In this document: positions 1-13,179 of the stretch, in pieces
Position numbering within the stretch: position 1 is the stretch's first letter
Layout of the letters: each line of letters starts with the position of its first letter
NCBI GenBank assembly: GCA_963693365.1
Contig: CAVNZM010000004.1
Coordinates: forward strand, 2,998,389-3,062,388
From: Amoebidium appalachense
Taxonomy: Eukaryota > Protista > Ichthyosporea
Direction of reading: 5' to 3'
Length of the DNA stretch: 64,000 nt
Translations under genes and position numbers: made by a program
Notes under the pieces: model-generated
Seen by the model: the letters and a program-made list of their open reading frames with translations, nothing else
Databases searched by the model: none
Told to the model about the DNA's origin: nothing

Positions 1-1038
1 GGCAGGCCTTACCACCGTTGAGTGGGGCAGCCGCAACGAGACGTGTTCTGGTGACCAAGCCGTGGGCCTCAGAGACCTGGCCGTCACAGGCCTTTGCGCC
101 GTCGCATGGGCTCCAAGGTGCCCACTCCGCCACCTGGCAGTTGACCGGGCAGCCGTCCACAGTGCAAGCAACCGTCTGGGCAGCCGGCCCACACTCGGCA
201 CCGCCATACTGCGGGGCAATAGCAACTTCGCGCTGGTCGATGCGTGTTCCGTTGACCGACACGTTGATCCCATCACAGACGGCCGAGCAGGCTCCCTCGA
301 CCCACTCGCCTTGCAGGCAGTCCCTCGGGCACTCGAACCCTTGGCAGGGAATGTACTCCACCAGGGCCGGGCACGGGGTCCCACCATTCTGATCGGGCAC
401 GCTGACACTGCGCACGCGCTGCTGGGTGCCTGCGCCGCACGACGCCGTGCACTGTGTCCATTCGGACCACGCTGACACCGCGCAGCTGACCGGGCACGTC
501 TTCACGCACTGCTCCACCAGCGCCAGGTCGCCACACGCCGCTCCCTCGTTCTGCGGCTCCCGCTGTACATCCCTGGTCCTGGTGCGCTGGCCAGCAACGG
601 CTCCGTTCACACCATCGCACTCGGCCTCGCAGGCAGTCGCCATGGGGTCGCTCCAGGGCCCGACCAGGCAGTCCACATTGCACGTGTCCACTGAGCACGG
701 AAGCTGCTCCACCAGAACTGGGCAGCCGGCTTTGGTGTTCTGTGGCTCAACAACCACCTGGCGCTGGCGCACCTGGGTGCCTGCTGCATTCCTTGTCTGC
801 CCGTTGCACATGCTGGCAGCATCACACTGCCACTCGCTCCACCCAGACACCTGTGAGGACAGAGTCAGCCATCGGTTGTGCAGGCAGGGTGTGGCCGGCA
901 GTTAGAAAGGTGACATGGTTGGGGTGATGAGGTTGGAGGGGGGTGGTGGTGTGTAAATGAGGGGTGGGGTAGACGTTAGCAGGAGAGAGGAGGTATATAG
1001 GTGCTTGTGTGAGTGGTGGTGGTGGTGGTGGTGGTCGG

Positions 1039-1075
<37 letters not shown>

Positions 1076-1191
1076 AGGGGCAGCAATGCAAACAAGTGCT
1101 TGTGCGGGTATGCAAGGGTGAGAAAATGAAGTAAGCATCTGGTGGTGGTGATGGTGGTAGTGGTGAAGGTTTGGTGTGTGTGTGTAGGGGT

Positions 1192-1225
<34 letters not shown>

Positions 1226-3382
1226 CCACCTGGCAGGGTACTGGGCAGGCAACGGTTGTGCACGAACCAGTCTCGGCCAAATCACCACATGGCTCGCCTC
1301 CGTTTTGGGCCTGCACAACGACGTCCCTACGGCGGGCCTGGCTGCCATCGGCTACGACGGTGCTGCCGTTGCAGCGTGACAGGGCATCGCACACCCATGG
1401 TGACCACTCGCCGGTAACGCAGGCCACGGGGCAGGCATCGATACGGCAAGGTGCCTCCTCAGCCAGCTGGCCACAGGGAACCCCGCCTTGCAGTGCCGGC
1501 CTCGTCACGGCCCTGGTCCTCACCTGCAGCCCAGCGGCCGTGGGGTTGATCCCGTCGCATGACGCGCTGCAGCTCCATTCGGACCATGCAGTCATGTCGC
1601 AGTCCACTGGGCAGTCCGTCACCTCGCAACCGCGGGTGGCACGCAGCTCCTCGTCGCTGGGGCAGGGGGTGCCTCCGTACAAGGCATGCACAAGCACAGG
1701 CCTACGGCCCACCTGGGTGCCGGTGGCTCGCGGGCTGGTCCGGTCACAGGTGGCAGAACACTGGCTCCACTGCCAGTCGCCCAGCACACAGGGCACAGGG
1801 CAAAGGGCCTGCAGCGACCTGTACGGGGCAAGGTTGGTCAGCATCACGGACACCACCAGCAGGCCGGGCCCTTCCCCCCCCCCCCCCCCCCCCCCCCCCC
1901 CACCCACCCACCCACCTCCCACCTCCCCCCTGCCCTTACAACATATGCATGCACACGGCCACCTCTCCCAGGGCACCCGGCGGGAAACCAAAGGCCAGCC
2001 AACCATGCCCTCAGAACCAAACGGGGGTGCGCACAAGCCATCGGCATACTTACGTTGGGTCCTCGGCTTGGCAGTTGCCAGATGTGCCGCATCCCAGGAA
2101 CACAGACAGGCGCGTGCCAGCGACGGCGCGGAAGGTCCCCCGCACCGTGATCACCTGCTGGGAGTCTCCCAACAGCGCCGTCTCGCCATTATCATAGGCC
2201 CATGTCTGGGCACCAGCATAGTCCTTGGATTCCCAGCCCTGTGCAGCGCTGCCCTGGACCTGCAGAGATGCGGGGTCGAAGCTGGACACCTGCGGTTGCA
2301 AACCAGTAAGGATTAGTGCTTGCCACGACACACACACACACACACACATACACCCCCTTGGTTTATGCACGGCACCCTTCTCCCTGCATGGCCAAGCATA
2401 GGCCAGCATACACTGCCACCCTCCGTATGCACATAATGCCTGCACTTCCTGCCTCTGGACATTGCCCAGGGGCCTAGACCATGTTTCACAACCGGGAACA
2501 TACCACTTGTTGGGTGCCCCCATAGTGCGCCGTTACAACCACCCTGTCGGCTGTCCGCAGGTCACACGACTGGGTCCGGTTCTGGGCAGAGGTGATGCCC
2601 GTGAACACCAATGGGGTGTCCCCTTGGCCAGGGCAAGACCCAGTCAGCGTCATTGTGTCGGCGGCCATGTCGACCACCACCTCAAAGGTGCAGGTGGAGG
2701 ACGCGGACTCGGCCCCGGGGGCTGCTGCTACCAGAGATGCAACCTGCGACCTGGTGGTGTCGCCGGGAAGGCCCACGACTGCCTCCACCGCATTTGCCGA
2801 CAGGAACCACATCTCGGCCCCAACCAGGGAGTTCTGGCTGGCTACCAGGCAGGCCTGCGTCCCCTTGCACAGCTCCACCTCGGACAGCTGTGGGCACGCA
2901 TCACCGCGGTTCAGGGGGGGCTGGGCCACAAGGCGGCTCCTAGTGCGCGTGCCAGCATCGGGCAACTGCGAGCAAGAACAAGCTGACCAGTCGCCCCAAG
3001 GGCTGACCGTGCATGCAACCGGGCACAGATCGTACATGCAGGCCTCCTGCTCCTTGTCGTTGCCGCATGCCTGCCCGCCGTTGAGTGCAGGGCGCTGCAC
3101 ACCGCGTACTCTTGTCTCCACTCCGTCAGACGTGGGCTGGGCACCGTCGCAGCGTTGAGCTGCATCACATACCCACGCGCTCCAAGAGCCCATCACACAG
3201 TCCACCGCACACGTTGATGTTGTGCAAACCTGCTCCTCCACAAGCGCAGGGCATGCAGCACCGGCATTGTAGGGCTGCCTGCTCACTGTCCTGGACCGGC
3301 TCTCCTTGCCAGTGGCCATGGGCAGCATGCCGTCGCAGTATTGCCCGGCCGTGCACAAAGCCCACTCCGACCACGAGTCCAC
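1..3382 (-). CDS. Repeat block truncated by the window edge
   Basis: Exons 2504-3382, 2054-2289, 1230-1818, and 1-850 (open at the edge). Confidence 0.85.
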
Positions 3383-6300
3383 CTGCACATTTCAAATTCA
3401 CGGTGAGCCAGGTCGAGACGCAGGCCTGTCGTCAACAGCCCCCCCAATGCACACCATACCCCTTTTACCTACTCCCCACCCCACACACCCTCCCACACAA
3501 ACACCCAGTAACACCCATCAGCGGCTAGTACACTGGATCCACCCACAGCAACGCCACCTATATTCACAGCCACCCCCATCCAACCCCCCCCCACACAACA
3601 AGAGATGAGCGGGGGGCAGGTTTACCTGGCAGTCGACATCGCACTTGTCCGTGGTGCAAGCCCTTGTCTCCAGAAGAGACGGGTCGCACTGCATTCCGCC
3701 GTTCTCTGGCTGCCTGGTCACGTAGCGTGTCCGCTGCGACGCACCGGTTGCCTCGGGTTGCGTGCCAGTGCATTTCTCCATGGCATCGCAGGGAGACCAC
3801 TCGGCCCAGGCCGACAGCAGGCAGTCCACATCACAGGGTGCCGTGCAGGTGTCGGTCTCCTGCAGCAGTGGGCATCCGGTGCCGCCATTGGCTGCCTCCC
3901 TGGTAACCTCCCTTGTGCGCATGTTGATGCCCGTCACGGTCCCCGTGGTGCCGTTGCAGTTGCTCGACGCATCGCATGACCACGCTGACCATGGGCCCAC
4001 CTCGCAGGCCACGGCACAGCCTTGGATCGTGCAGGCTTCAACACGTTGGAGCTCCTCGCACTGCCCCCCGCCGTATGCCGGCTCGACGACCACACGCCTG
4101 GTATCGATGCGGTGGCCCTCGGCAACCACGCTGGTGCCGTTGCAGGTGGCCAGGCAAGCACCCTCGGCATATTCGGACAGCTCGCAGTCCCGCGGGCATG
4201 CCGTGCCTACAAAAAGAGGCCCCATACACATGTTAGCATGTAGCCCTTGCCTGCTTTGTGTTCCCCCCTCCCCCCTATCCCTCCCATCCCCCCATGCCGA
4301 AAAAATAAACAAAACCCCTGTCCCCCTCTTCCCCCACCCCCCCACCCCCCCATCCCCCATCCCCCCCTCCCCCCTTCCCCCCCCCCCCCCCACACACACA
4401 CACACTACACAACACACACCGACCCCACCCCATGGGGTCCATTCACCACCATCCTTGTATGCTTCCAATTAAAGGGTCGTATCCCGCCTTTCACGCTCTA
4501 TGCCACCAAGCATCAGCGCACACTAGAGTCCGACCCTTACCGTAGCACTCCTGGTAGCCAATAGTCTCGGGGCAGGCCAGGCCGTTGTTGACCGGGAAGG
4601 TGGTGGGGCTACGGGTCCGCTGCTGCACGCCTGCGCCGCAGCTGGCCGAGCACCCTTGCCACTCTGACCACTCGCCCATGACACAGTTGACGGGGCAGTC
4701 AACCTTTACGCAGCCTGTGGTGCTCTGCAGGTCGGGGCATACCGCACCATTGTTGGCCGACGCCCTCGTGACCTGCCTGGTCAGCACAGCCGTGCCTGAC
4801 GACTGTGCAGCCGCACCGTCGCACGAAGCTTGGCAGTCACCAACCACCCAATCACTGACCACACAGTCAACGTCGCACTGGGCCGTGCATGTCTGTGTCT
4901 CTTGAAGACCTGGGCAGGCCATACCGAGGCTGTTGGGTGCCACCAGCACGCTCCTGGACCTAAGTGCCAGGCCACTGGCTGTGGGCAGCTGCCCGTCGCA
5001 GTTGCTGCTGGCAGCACAAGCCCATTCGGTCCACTGCCGTGCACAAGTGGTTAGGGACAGGCCATCATCCAGCCATCTCCAATGCTTTGATTCTAATGAT
5101 ACTTGTTTGTCCCTTTGTTGCTGGAGTTGAAAAAAAGGGGGAGGGGCGAGTGGGGGTGAGAAACGGGGGGGAGGGGGGGGGGGAAGGAGGGGGGAAGAGG
5201 GGCAGAGCAACAAACAACCTGGGGGTGGGTGGGTGGGTGTGTGTGTGTGTGGGTGGGTGGGTGGCGGGGGGAGGGGGGGGGGGGGGGAGGGGGGGGAGGG
5301 GGGAGGGGGGAGGAGGAGGGGGGAGGAGGAGGCACGGGTCCAGTGCAAGCAGCAACATTGACATACCTGGTCAACCTCACAATGGACAGGGCAGTCAGTG
5401 ATCTGGCAAGACTCGGTGATCTGCAGGGTCGTGTTGCAGGCCATGCCTCCGTTGAGAGGTTCGACCATGACGGTTCGGCTGCCCTGCTGGGTGCCCACAG
5501 CCACAGGATTGCGGCCGTCGCACACCGCACTACAGCTGTCGAAGGTGAAGGGGGTCAGCACACAGTCCACAGGGCAGAGCGTGCCCTCGCAGGCGGCCCT
5601 GTCCACCGTGACGCACTCGGCACCTCCGTTCTGGGCTGGGGCAGCAACCGGCCTGGTCCGTGTCATGGTGCCTCCAGTGCCGCAGTCCTTGTCACACGTG
5701 CTCCACTCTCCCCATGCACCAGGCTGGCAGGCCACCGGGCAGTCCTCACGGTAGCATGTCCGCGCGTCCATGAGGGCTGGGCAGGGGGTGCCATCGTGTG
5801 CCTGGTTGCGCACCACGTCGCGGGTAAACACCTGTTTACCCTCGGCAGTGGGGCTCGACTCAACACACACAGCATCGCACACTCCCGCCACCCAATCGCT
5901 CACGGCGCAATCGACGTCGCAGTCAGAGATGCATGGGGCGTTCTCCACCAGCTCAGGGCAGGCCTTACCACCGTTGAGTGGGGCAGCCGCAACGAGACGT
6001 GTTCTGGTGACCAAGCCGTGGGCCTCAGAGACCTGGCCGTCACAGGCCTTTGCGCCGTCGCATGGGCTCCAAGGTGCCCACTCCGCCACCTGGCAGTTGA
6101 CCGGGCAGCCGTCCACAGTGCAAGCAACCGTCTGGGCAGCCGGCCCACACTCGGCACCGCCATACTGCGGGGCAATAGCAACTTCGCGCTGGTCGATGCG
6201 TGTTCCGTTGACCGACACGTTGATCCCATCACAGACGGCCGAGCAGGCTCCCTCGACCCACTCGCCTTGCAGGCAGTCCCTCGGGCACTCGAACCCTTGG

Positions 6301-6994
6301 CAGGGAATGTACTCCACCAGGGCCGGGCACGGGGTCCCACCATTCTGATCGGGCACGCTGACACTGCGCACGCGCTGCTGGGTGCCTGCGCCGCACGACG
6401 CCGTGCACTGTGTCCATTCGGACCACGCTGACACCGCGCAGCTGACCGGGCACGTCTTCACGCACTGCTCCACCAGCGCCAGGTCGCCACACGCCGCTCC
6501 CTCGTTCTGCGGCTCCCGCTGTACATCCCTGGTCCTGGTGCGCTGGCCAGCAACGGCTCCGTTCACACCATCGCACTCGGCCTCGCAGGCAGTCGCCATG
6601 GGGTCGCTCCAGGGCCCGACCAGGCAGTCCACATTGCACGTGTCCACTGAGCACGGAAGCTGCTCCACCAGAACTGGGCAGCCGGCTTTGGTGTTCTGTG
6701 GCTCAACAACCACCTGGCGCTGGCGCACCTGGGTGCCTGCTGCATTCCTTGTCTGCCCGTTGCACATGCTGGCAGCATCACACTGCCACTCGCTCCACCC
6801 AGACACCTGTGAGGACAGAGTCAGCCATCGGTTGTGCAGGCAGGGTGTGGCCGGCAGTTAGAAAGGTGACATGGTTGGGGTGATGAGGTTGGAGGGGGGT
6901 GGTGGTGTGTAAATGAGGGGTGGGGTAGACGTTAGCAGGAGAGAGGAGGTATATAGGTGCTTGTGTGAGTGGTGGTGGTGGTGGTGGTGGTCGG

Positions 6995-7044
<50 letters not shown>

Positions 7045-7843
7045 AGGGGCAGCAATGCAAACAAGTGCTTGTGCGGGTATGCAAGGGTGAGAAAATGAAG
7101 TAAGCATCTGGTGGTGGTGATGGTGGTAGTGGTGAAGGTTTGGTGTGTGTGTGTAGGGGTGGGGGGTGGGGGGGGGGGGGGGGGGGGGGGGGGCAGCCAC
7201 CTGGCAGGGTACTGGGCAGGCAACGGTTGTGCACGAACCAGTCTCGGCCAAATCACCACATGGCTCGCCTCCGTTTTGGGCCTGCACAACGACGTCCCTA
7301 CGGCGGGCCTGGCTGCCATCGGCTACGACGGTGCTGCCGTTGCAGCGTGACAGGGCATCGCACACCCATGGTGACCACTCGCCGGTAACGCAGGCCACGG
7401 GGCAGGCATCGATACGGCAAGGTGCCTCCTCAGCCAGCTGGCCACAGGGAACCCCGCCTTGCAGTGCCGGCCTCGTCACGGCCCTGGTCCTCACCTGCAG
7501 CCCAGCGGCCGTGGGGTTGATCCCGTCGCATGACGCGCTGCAGCTCCATTCGGACCATGCAGTCATGTCGCAGTCCACTGGGCAGTCCGTCACCTCGCAA
7601 CCGCGGGTGGCACGCAGCTCCTCGTCGCTGGGGCAGGGGGTGCCTCCGTACAAGGCATGCACAAGCACAGGCCTACGGCCCACCTGGGTGCCGGTGGCTC
7701 GCGGGCTGGTCCGGTCACAGGTGGCAGAACACTGGCTCCACTGCCAGTCGCCCAGCACACAGGGCACAGGGCAAAGGGCCTGCAGCGACCTGTACGGGGC
7801 AAGGTTGGTCAGCATCACGGACACCACCAGCAGGCCGGGCCCT

Positions 7844-7875
<32 letters not shown>

Positions 7876-10348
7876 ACCCACCCACCCACCTCCCACCTCC
7901 CCCCTGCCCTTACAACATATGCATGCACACGGCCACCTCTCCCAGGGCACCCGGCGGGAAACCAAAGGCCAGCCAACCATGCCCTCAGAACCAAACGGGG
8001 GTGCGCACAAGCCATCGGCATACTTACGTTGGGTCCTCGGCTTGGCAGTTGCCAGATGTGCCGCATCCCAGGAACACAGACAGGCGCGTGCCAGCGACGG
8101 CGCGGAAGGTCCCCCGCACCGTGATCACCTGCTGGGAGTCTCCCAACAGCGCCGTCTCGCCATTATCATAGGCCCATGTCTGGGCACCAGCATAGTCCTT
8201 GGATTCCCAGCCCTGTGCAGCGCTGCCCTGGACCTGCAGAGATGCGGGGTCGAAGCTGGACACCTGCGGTTGCAAACCAGTAAGGATTAGTGCTTGCCAC
8301 GACACACACACACACACACACATACACCCCCTTGGTTTATGCACGGCACCCTTCTCCCTGCATGGCCAAGCATAGGCCAGCATACACTGCCACCCTCCGT
8401 ATGCACATAATGCCTGCACTTCCTGCCTCTGGACATTGCCCAGGGGCCTAGACCATGTTTCACAACCGGGAACATACCACTTGTTGGGTGCCCCCATAGT
8501 GCGCCGTTACAACCACCCTGTCGGCTGTCCGCAGGTCACACGACTGGGTCCGGTTCTGGGCAGAGGTGATGCCCGTGAACACCAATGGGGTGTCCCCTTG
8601 GCCAGGGCAAGACCCAGTCAGCGTCATTGTGTCGGCGGCCATGTCGACCACCACCTCAAAGGTGCAGGTGGAGGACGCGGACTCGGCCCCGGGGGCTGCT
8701 GCTACCAGAGATGCAACCTGCGACCTGGTGGTGTCGCCGGGAAGGCCCACGACTGCCTCCACCGCATTTGCCGACAGGAACCACATCTCGGCCCCAACCA
8801 GGGAGTTCTGGCTGGCTACCAGGCAGGCCTGCGTCCCCTTGCACAGCTCCACCTCGGACAGCTGTGGGCACGCATCACCGCGGTTCAGGGGGGCTGGGCC
8901 ACAAGGCGGCTCCTAGTGCGCGTGCCAGCATCGGGCAACTGCGAGCAAGAACAAGCTGACCAGTCGCCCCAAGGGCTGACCGTGCATGCAACCGGGCACA
9001 GATCGTACATGCAGGCCTCCTGCTCCTTGTCGTTGCCGCATGCCTGCCCGCCGTTGAGTGCAGGGCGCTGCACACCGCGTACTCTTGTCTCCACTCCGTC
9101 AGACGTGGGCTGGGCACCGTCGCAGCGTTGAGCTGCATCACATACCCACGCGCTCCAAGAGCCCATCACACAGTCCACCGCACACGTTGATGTTGTGCAA
9201 ACCTGCTCCTCCACAAGCGCAGGGCATGCAGCACCGGCATTGTAGGGCTGCCTGCTCACTGTCCTGGACCGGCTCTCCTTGCCAGTGGCCATGGGCAGCA
9301 TGCCGTCGCAGTATTGCCCGGCCGTGCACAAAGCCCACTCCGACCACGAGTCCACCTGCACATTTCAAATTCACGGTGAGCCAGGTCGAGACGCAGGCCT
9401 GTCGTCAACAGCCCCCCCAATGCACACCATACCCCTTTTACCTACTCCCCACCCCACACACCCTCCCACACAAACACCCAGTAACACCCATCAGCGGCTA
9501 GTACACTGGATCCACCCACAGCAACGCCACCTATATTCACAGCCACCCCCATCCAACCCCCCCCACACAACAAGAGATGAGCGGGGGGCAGGTTTACCTG
9601 GCAGTCGACATCGCACTTGTCCGTGGTGCAAGCCCTTGTCTCCAGAAGAGACGGGTCGCACTGCATTCCGCCGTTCTCTGGCTGCCTGGTCACGTAGCGT
9701 GTCCGCTGCGACGCACCGGTTGCCTCGGGTTGCGTGCCAGTGCATTTCTCCATGGCATCGCAGGGAGACCACTCGGCCCAGGCCGACAGCAGGCAGTCCA
9801 CATCACAGGGTGCCGTGCAGGTGTCGGTCTCCTGCAGCAGTGGGCATCCGGTGCCGCCATTGGCTGCCTCCCTGGTAACCTCCCTTGTGCGCATGTTGAT
9901 GCCCGTCACGGTCCCCGTGGTGCCGTTGCAGTTGCTCGACGCATCGCATGACCACGCTGACCATGGGCCCACCTCGCAGGCCACGGCACAGCCTTGGATC
10001 GTGCAGGCTTCAACACGTTGGAGCTCCTCGCACTGCCCCCCGCCGTATGCCGGCTCGACGACCACACGCCTGGTATCGATGCGGTGGCCCTCGGCAACCA
10101 CGCTGGTGCCGTTGCAGGTGGCCAGGCAAGCACCCTCGGCATATTCGGACAGCTCGCAGTCCCGCGGGCATGCCGTGCCTACAAAAAGAGGCCCCATACA
10201 CATGTTAGCATGTAGCCCTTGCCTGCTTTGTGTTCCCCCCTCCCCCTATCCCTCCCATCCCCCCATGCCGAAAAAATAAACAAAACCCCTGTCCCCCTCT
10301 TCCCCCACCCCCCACCCCCCATCCCCCATCCCCCCCTCCCCCTTCCCC

Positions 10349-10380
<32 letters not shown>

Positions 10381-11239
10381 ACACAACACACACCGACCCC
10401 ACCCCATGGGGTCCATTCACCACCATCCTTGTATGCTTCCAATTAAAGGGTCGTATCCCGCCTTTCACGCTCTATGCCACCAAGCATCAGCGCACACTAG
10501 AGTCCGACCCTTACCGTAGCACTCCTGGTAGCCAATAGTCTCGGGGCAGGCCAGGCCGTTGTTGACCGGGAAGGTGGTGGGGCTACGGGTCCGCTGCTGC
10601 ACGCCTGCGCCGCAGCTGGCCGAGCACCCTTGCCACTCTGACCACTCGCCCATGACACAGTTGACGGGGCAGTCAACCTTTACGCAGCCTGTGGTGCTCT
10701 GCAGGTCGGGGCATACCGCACCATTGTTGGCCGACGCCCTCGTGACCTGCCTGGTCAGCACAGCCGTGCCTGACGACTGTGCAGCCGCACCGTCGCACGA
10801 AGCTTGGCAGTCACCAACCACCCAATCACTGACCACACAGTCAACGTCGCACTGGGCCGTGCATGTCTGTGTCTCTTGAAGACCTGGGCAGGCCATACCG
10901 AGGCTGTTGGGTGCCACCAGCACGCTCCTGGACCTAAGTGCCAGGCCACTGGCTGTGGGCAGCTGCCCGTCGCAGTTGCTGCTGGCAGCACAAGCCCATT
11001 CGGTCCACTGCCGTGCACAAGTGGTTAGGGACAGGCCATCATCCAGCCATCTCCAATGCTTTGATTCTAATGATACTTGTTTGTCCCTTTGTTGCTGGAG
11101 TTGAAAAAAGGGGGAGGGGCGAGTGGGGGGTGAGAAACGGGGGGAGGGGGGGGGGGGAAGGAGGGGGGGAAGAGGGGCAGAGCAACAAACAACCTGGGGG
11201 TGGGTGGGTGGGTGTGTGTGTGTGTGGGTGGGTGGGTGG

Positions 11240-11271
<32 letters not shown>

Positions 11272-12976
11272 GGGGGGGAGGGGGGAGGGGGGAGGAGGAG
11301 GGGGGAGGAGGAGGCACGGGTCCAGTGCAAGCAGCAACATTGACATACCTGGTCAACCTCACAATGGACAGGGCAGTCAGTGATCTGGCAAGACTCGGTG
11401 ATCTGCAGGGTCGTGTTGCAGGCCATGCCTCCGTTGAGAGGTTCGACCATGACGGTTCGGCTGCCCTGCTGGGTGCCCACAGCCACAGGATTGCGGCCGT
11501 CGCACACCGCACTACAGCTGTCGAAGGTGAAGGGGGTCAGCACACAGTCCACAGGGCAGAGCGTGCCCTCGCAGGCGGCCCTGTCCACCGTGACGCACTC
11601 GGCACCTCCGTTCTGGGCTGGGGCAGCAACCGGCCTGGTCCGTGTCATGGTGCCTCCAGTGCCGCAGTCCTTGTCACACGTGCTCCACTCTCCCCATGCA
11701 CCAGGCTGGCAGGCCACCGGGCAGTCCTCACGGTAGCATGTCCGCGCGTCCATGAGGGCTGGGCAGGGGGTGCCATCGTGTGCCTGGTTGCGCACCACGT
11801 CGCGGGTAAACACCTGTTTACCCTCGGCAGTGGGGCTCGACTCAACACACACAGCATCGCACACTCCCGCCACCCAATCGCTCACGGCGCAATCGACGTC
11901 GCAGTCAGAGATGCATGGGGCGTTCTCCACCAGCTCAGGGCAGGCCTTACCACCGTTGAGTGGGGCAGCCGCAACGAGACGTGTTCTGGTGACCAAGCCG
12001 TGGGCCTCAGAGACCTGGCCGTCACAGGCCTTTGCGCCGTCGCATGGGCTCCAAGGTGCCCACTCCGCCACCTGGCAGTTGACCGGGCAGCCGTCCACAG
12101 TGCAAGCAACCGTCTGGGCAGCCGGCCCACACTCGGCACCGCCATACTGCGGGGCAATAGCAACTTCGCGCTGGTCGATGCGTGTTCCGTTGACCGACAC
12201 GTTGACCCCATCACAGACGGCCGAGCAGGCTCCCTCGACCCACTCGCCTTGCAGGCAGTCCCTCGGGCACTCGAACCCTTGGCAGGGAATGTACTCCACC
12301 AGGGCCGGGCACGGGGTCCCACCATTCTGATCGGGCACGCTGACACTGCGCACGCGCTGCTGGGTGCCTGCGCCGCACGACGCCGTGCACTGTGTCCATT
12401 CGGACCACGCTGACACCGCGCAGCTGACCGGGCACGTCTTCACGCACTGCTCCACCAGCGCCAGGTCGCCACACGCCGCTCCCTCGTTCTGCGGCTCCCG
12501 CTGTACATCCCTGGTCCTGGTGCGCTGGCCAGCAACGGCTCCGTTCACACCATCGCACTCGGCCTCGCAGGCAGTCGCCATGGGGTCGCTCCAGGGCCCG
12601 ACCAGGCAGTCCACATTGCACGTGTCCACTGAGCACGGAAGCTGCTCCACCAGAACTGGGCAGCCGGCTTTGGTGTTCTGTGGCTCAACAACCACCTGGC
12701 GCTGGCGCACCTGGGTGCCTGCTGCATTCCTTGTCTGCCCGTTGCACATGCTGGCAGCATCACACTGCCACTCGCTCCACCCAGACACCTGTGAGGACAG
12801 AGTCAGCCATCGGTTGTGCAGGCAGGGTGTGGCCGGCAGTTAGAAAGGTGACATGGTTGGGGTGATGAGGTTGGAGGGGGGTGGTGGTGTGTAAATGAGG
12901 GGTGGGGTAGACGTTAGCAGGAGAGAGGAGGTATATAGGTGCTTGTGTGAGTGGTGGTGGTGGTGGTGGTGGTCGG

Positions 12977-13019
<43 letters not shown>

Positions 13020-13136
13020 AGGGGCAGCAATGCAAACAAGTGCTTGTGCGGGTATGCAAGGGTGAAGAAAATGAAGTAAGCATCTGGTGGTGGTGATGGT
13101 GGTAGTGGTGAAGGTTTGGTGTGTGTGTGTAGGGGT

Positions 13137-13179
<43 letters not shown>

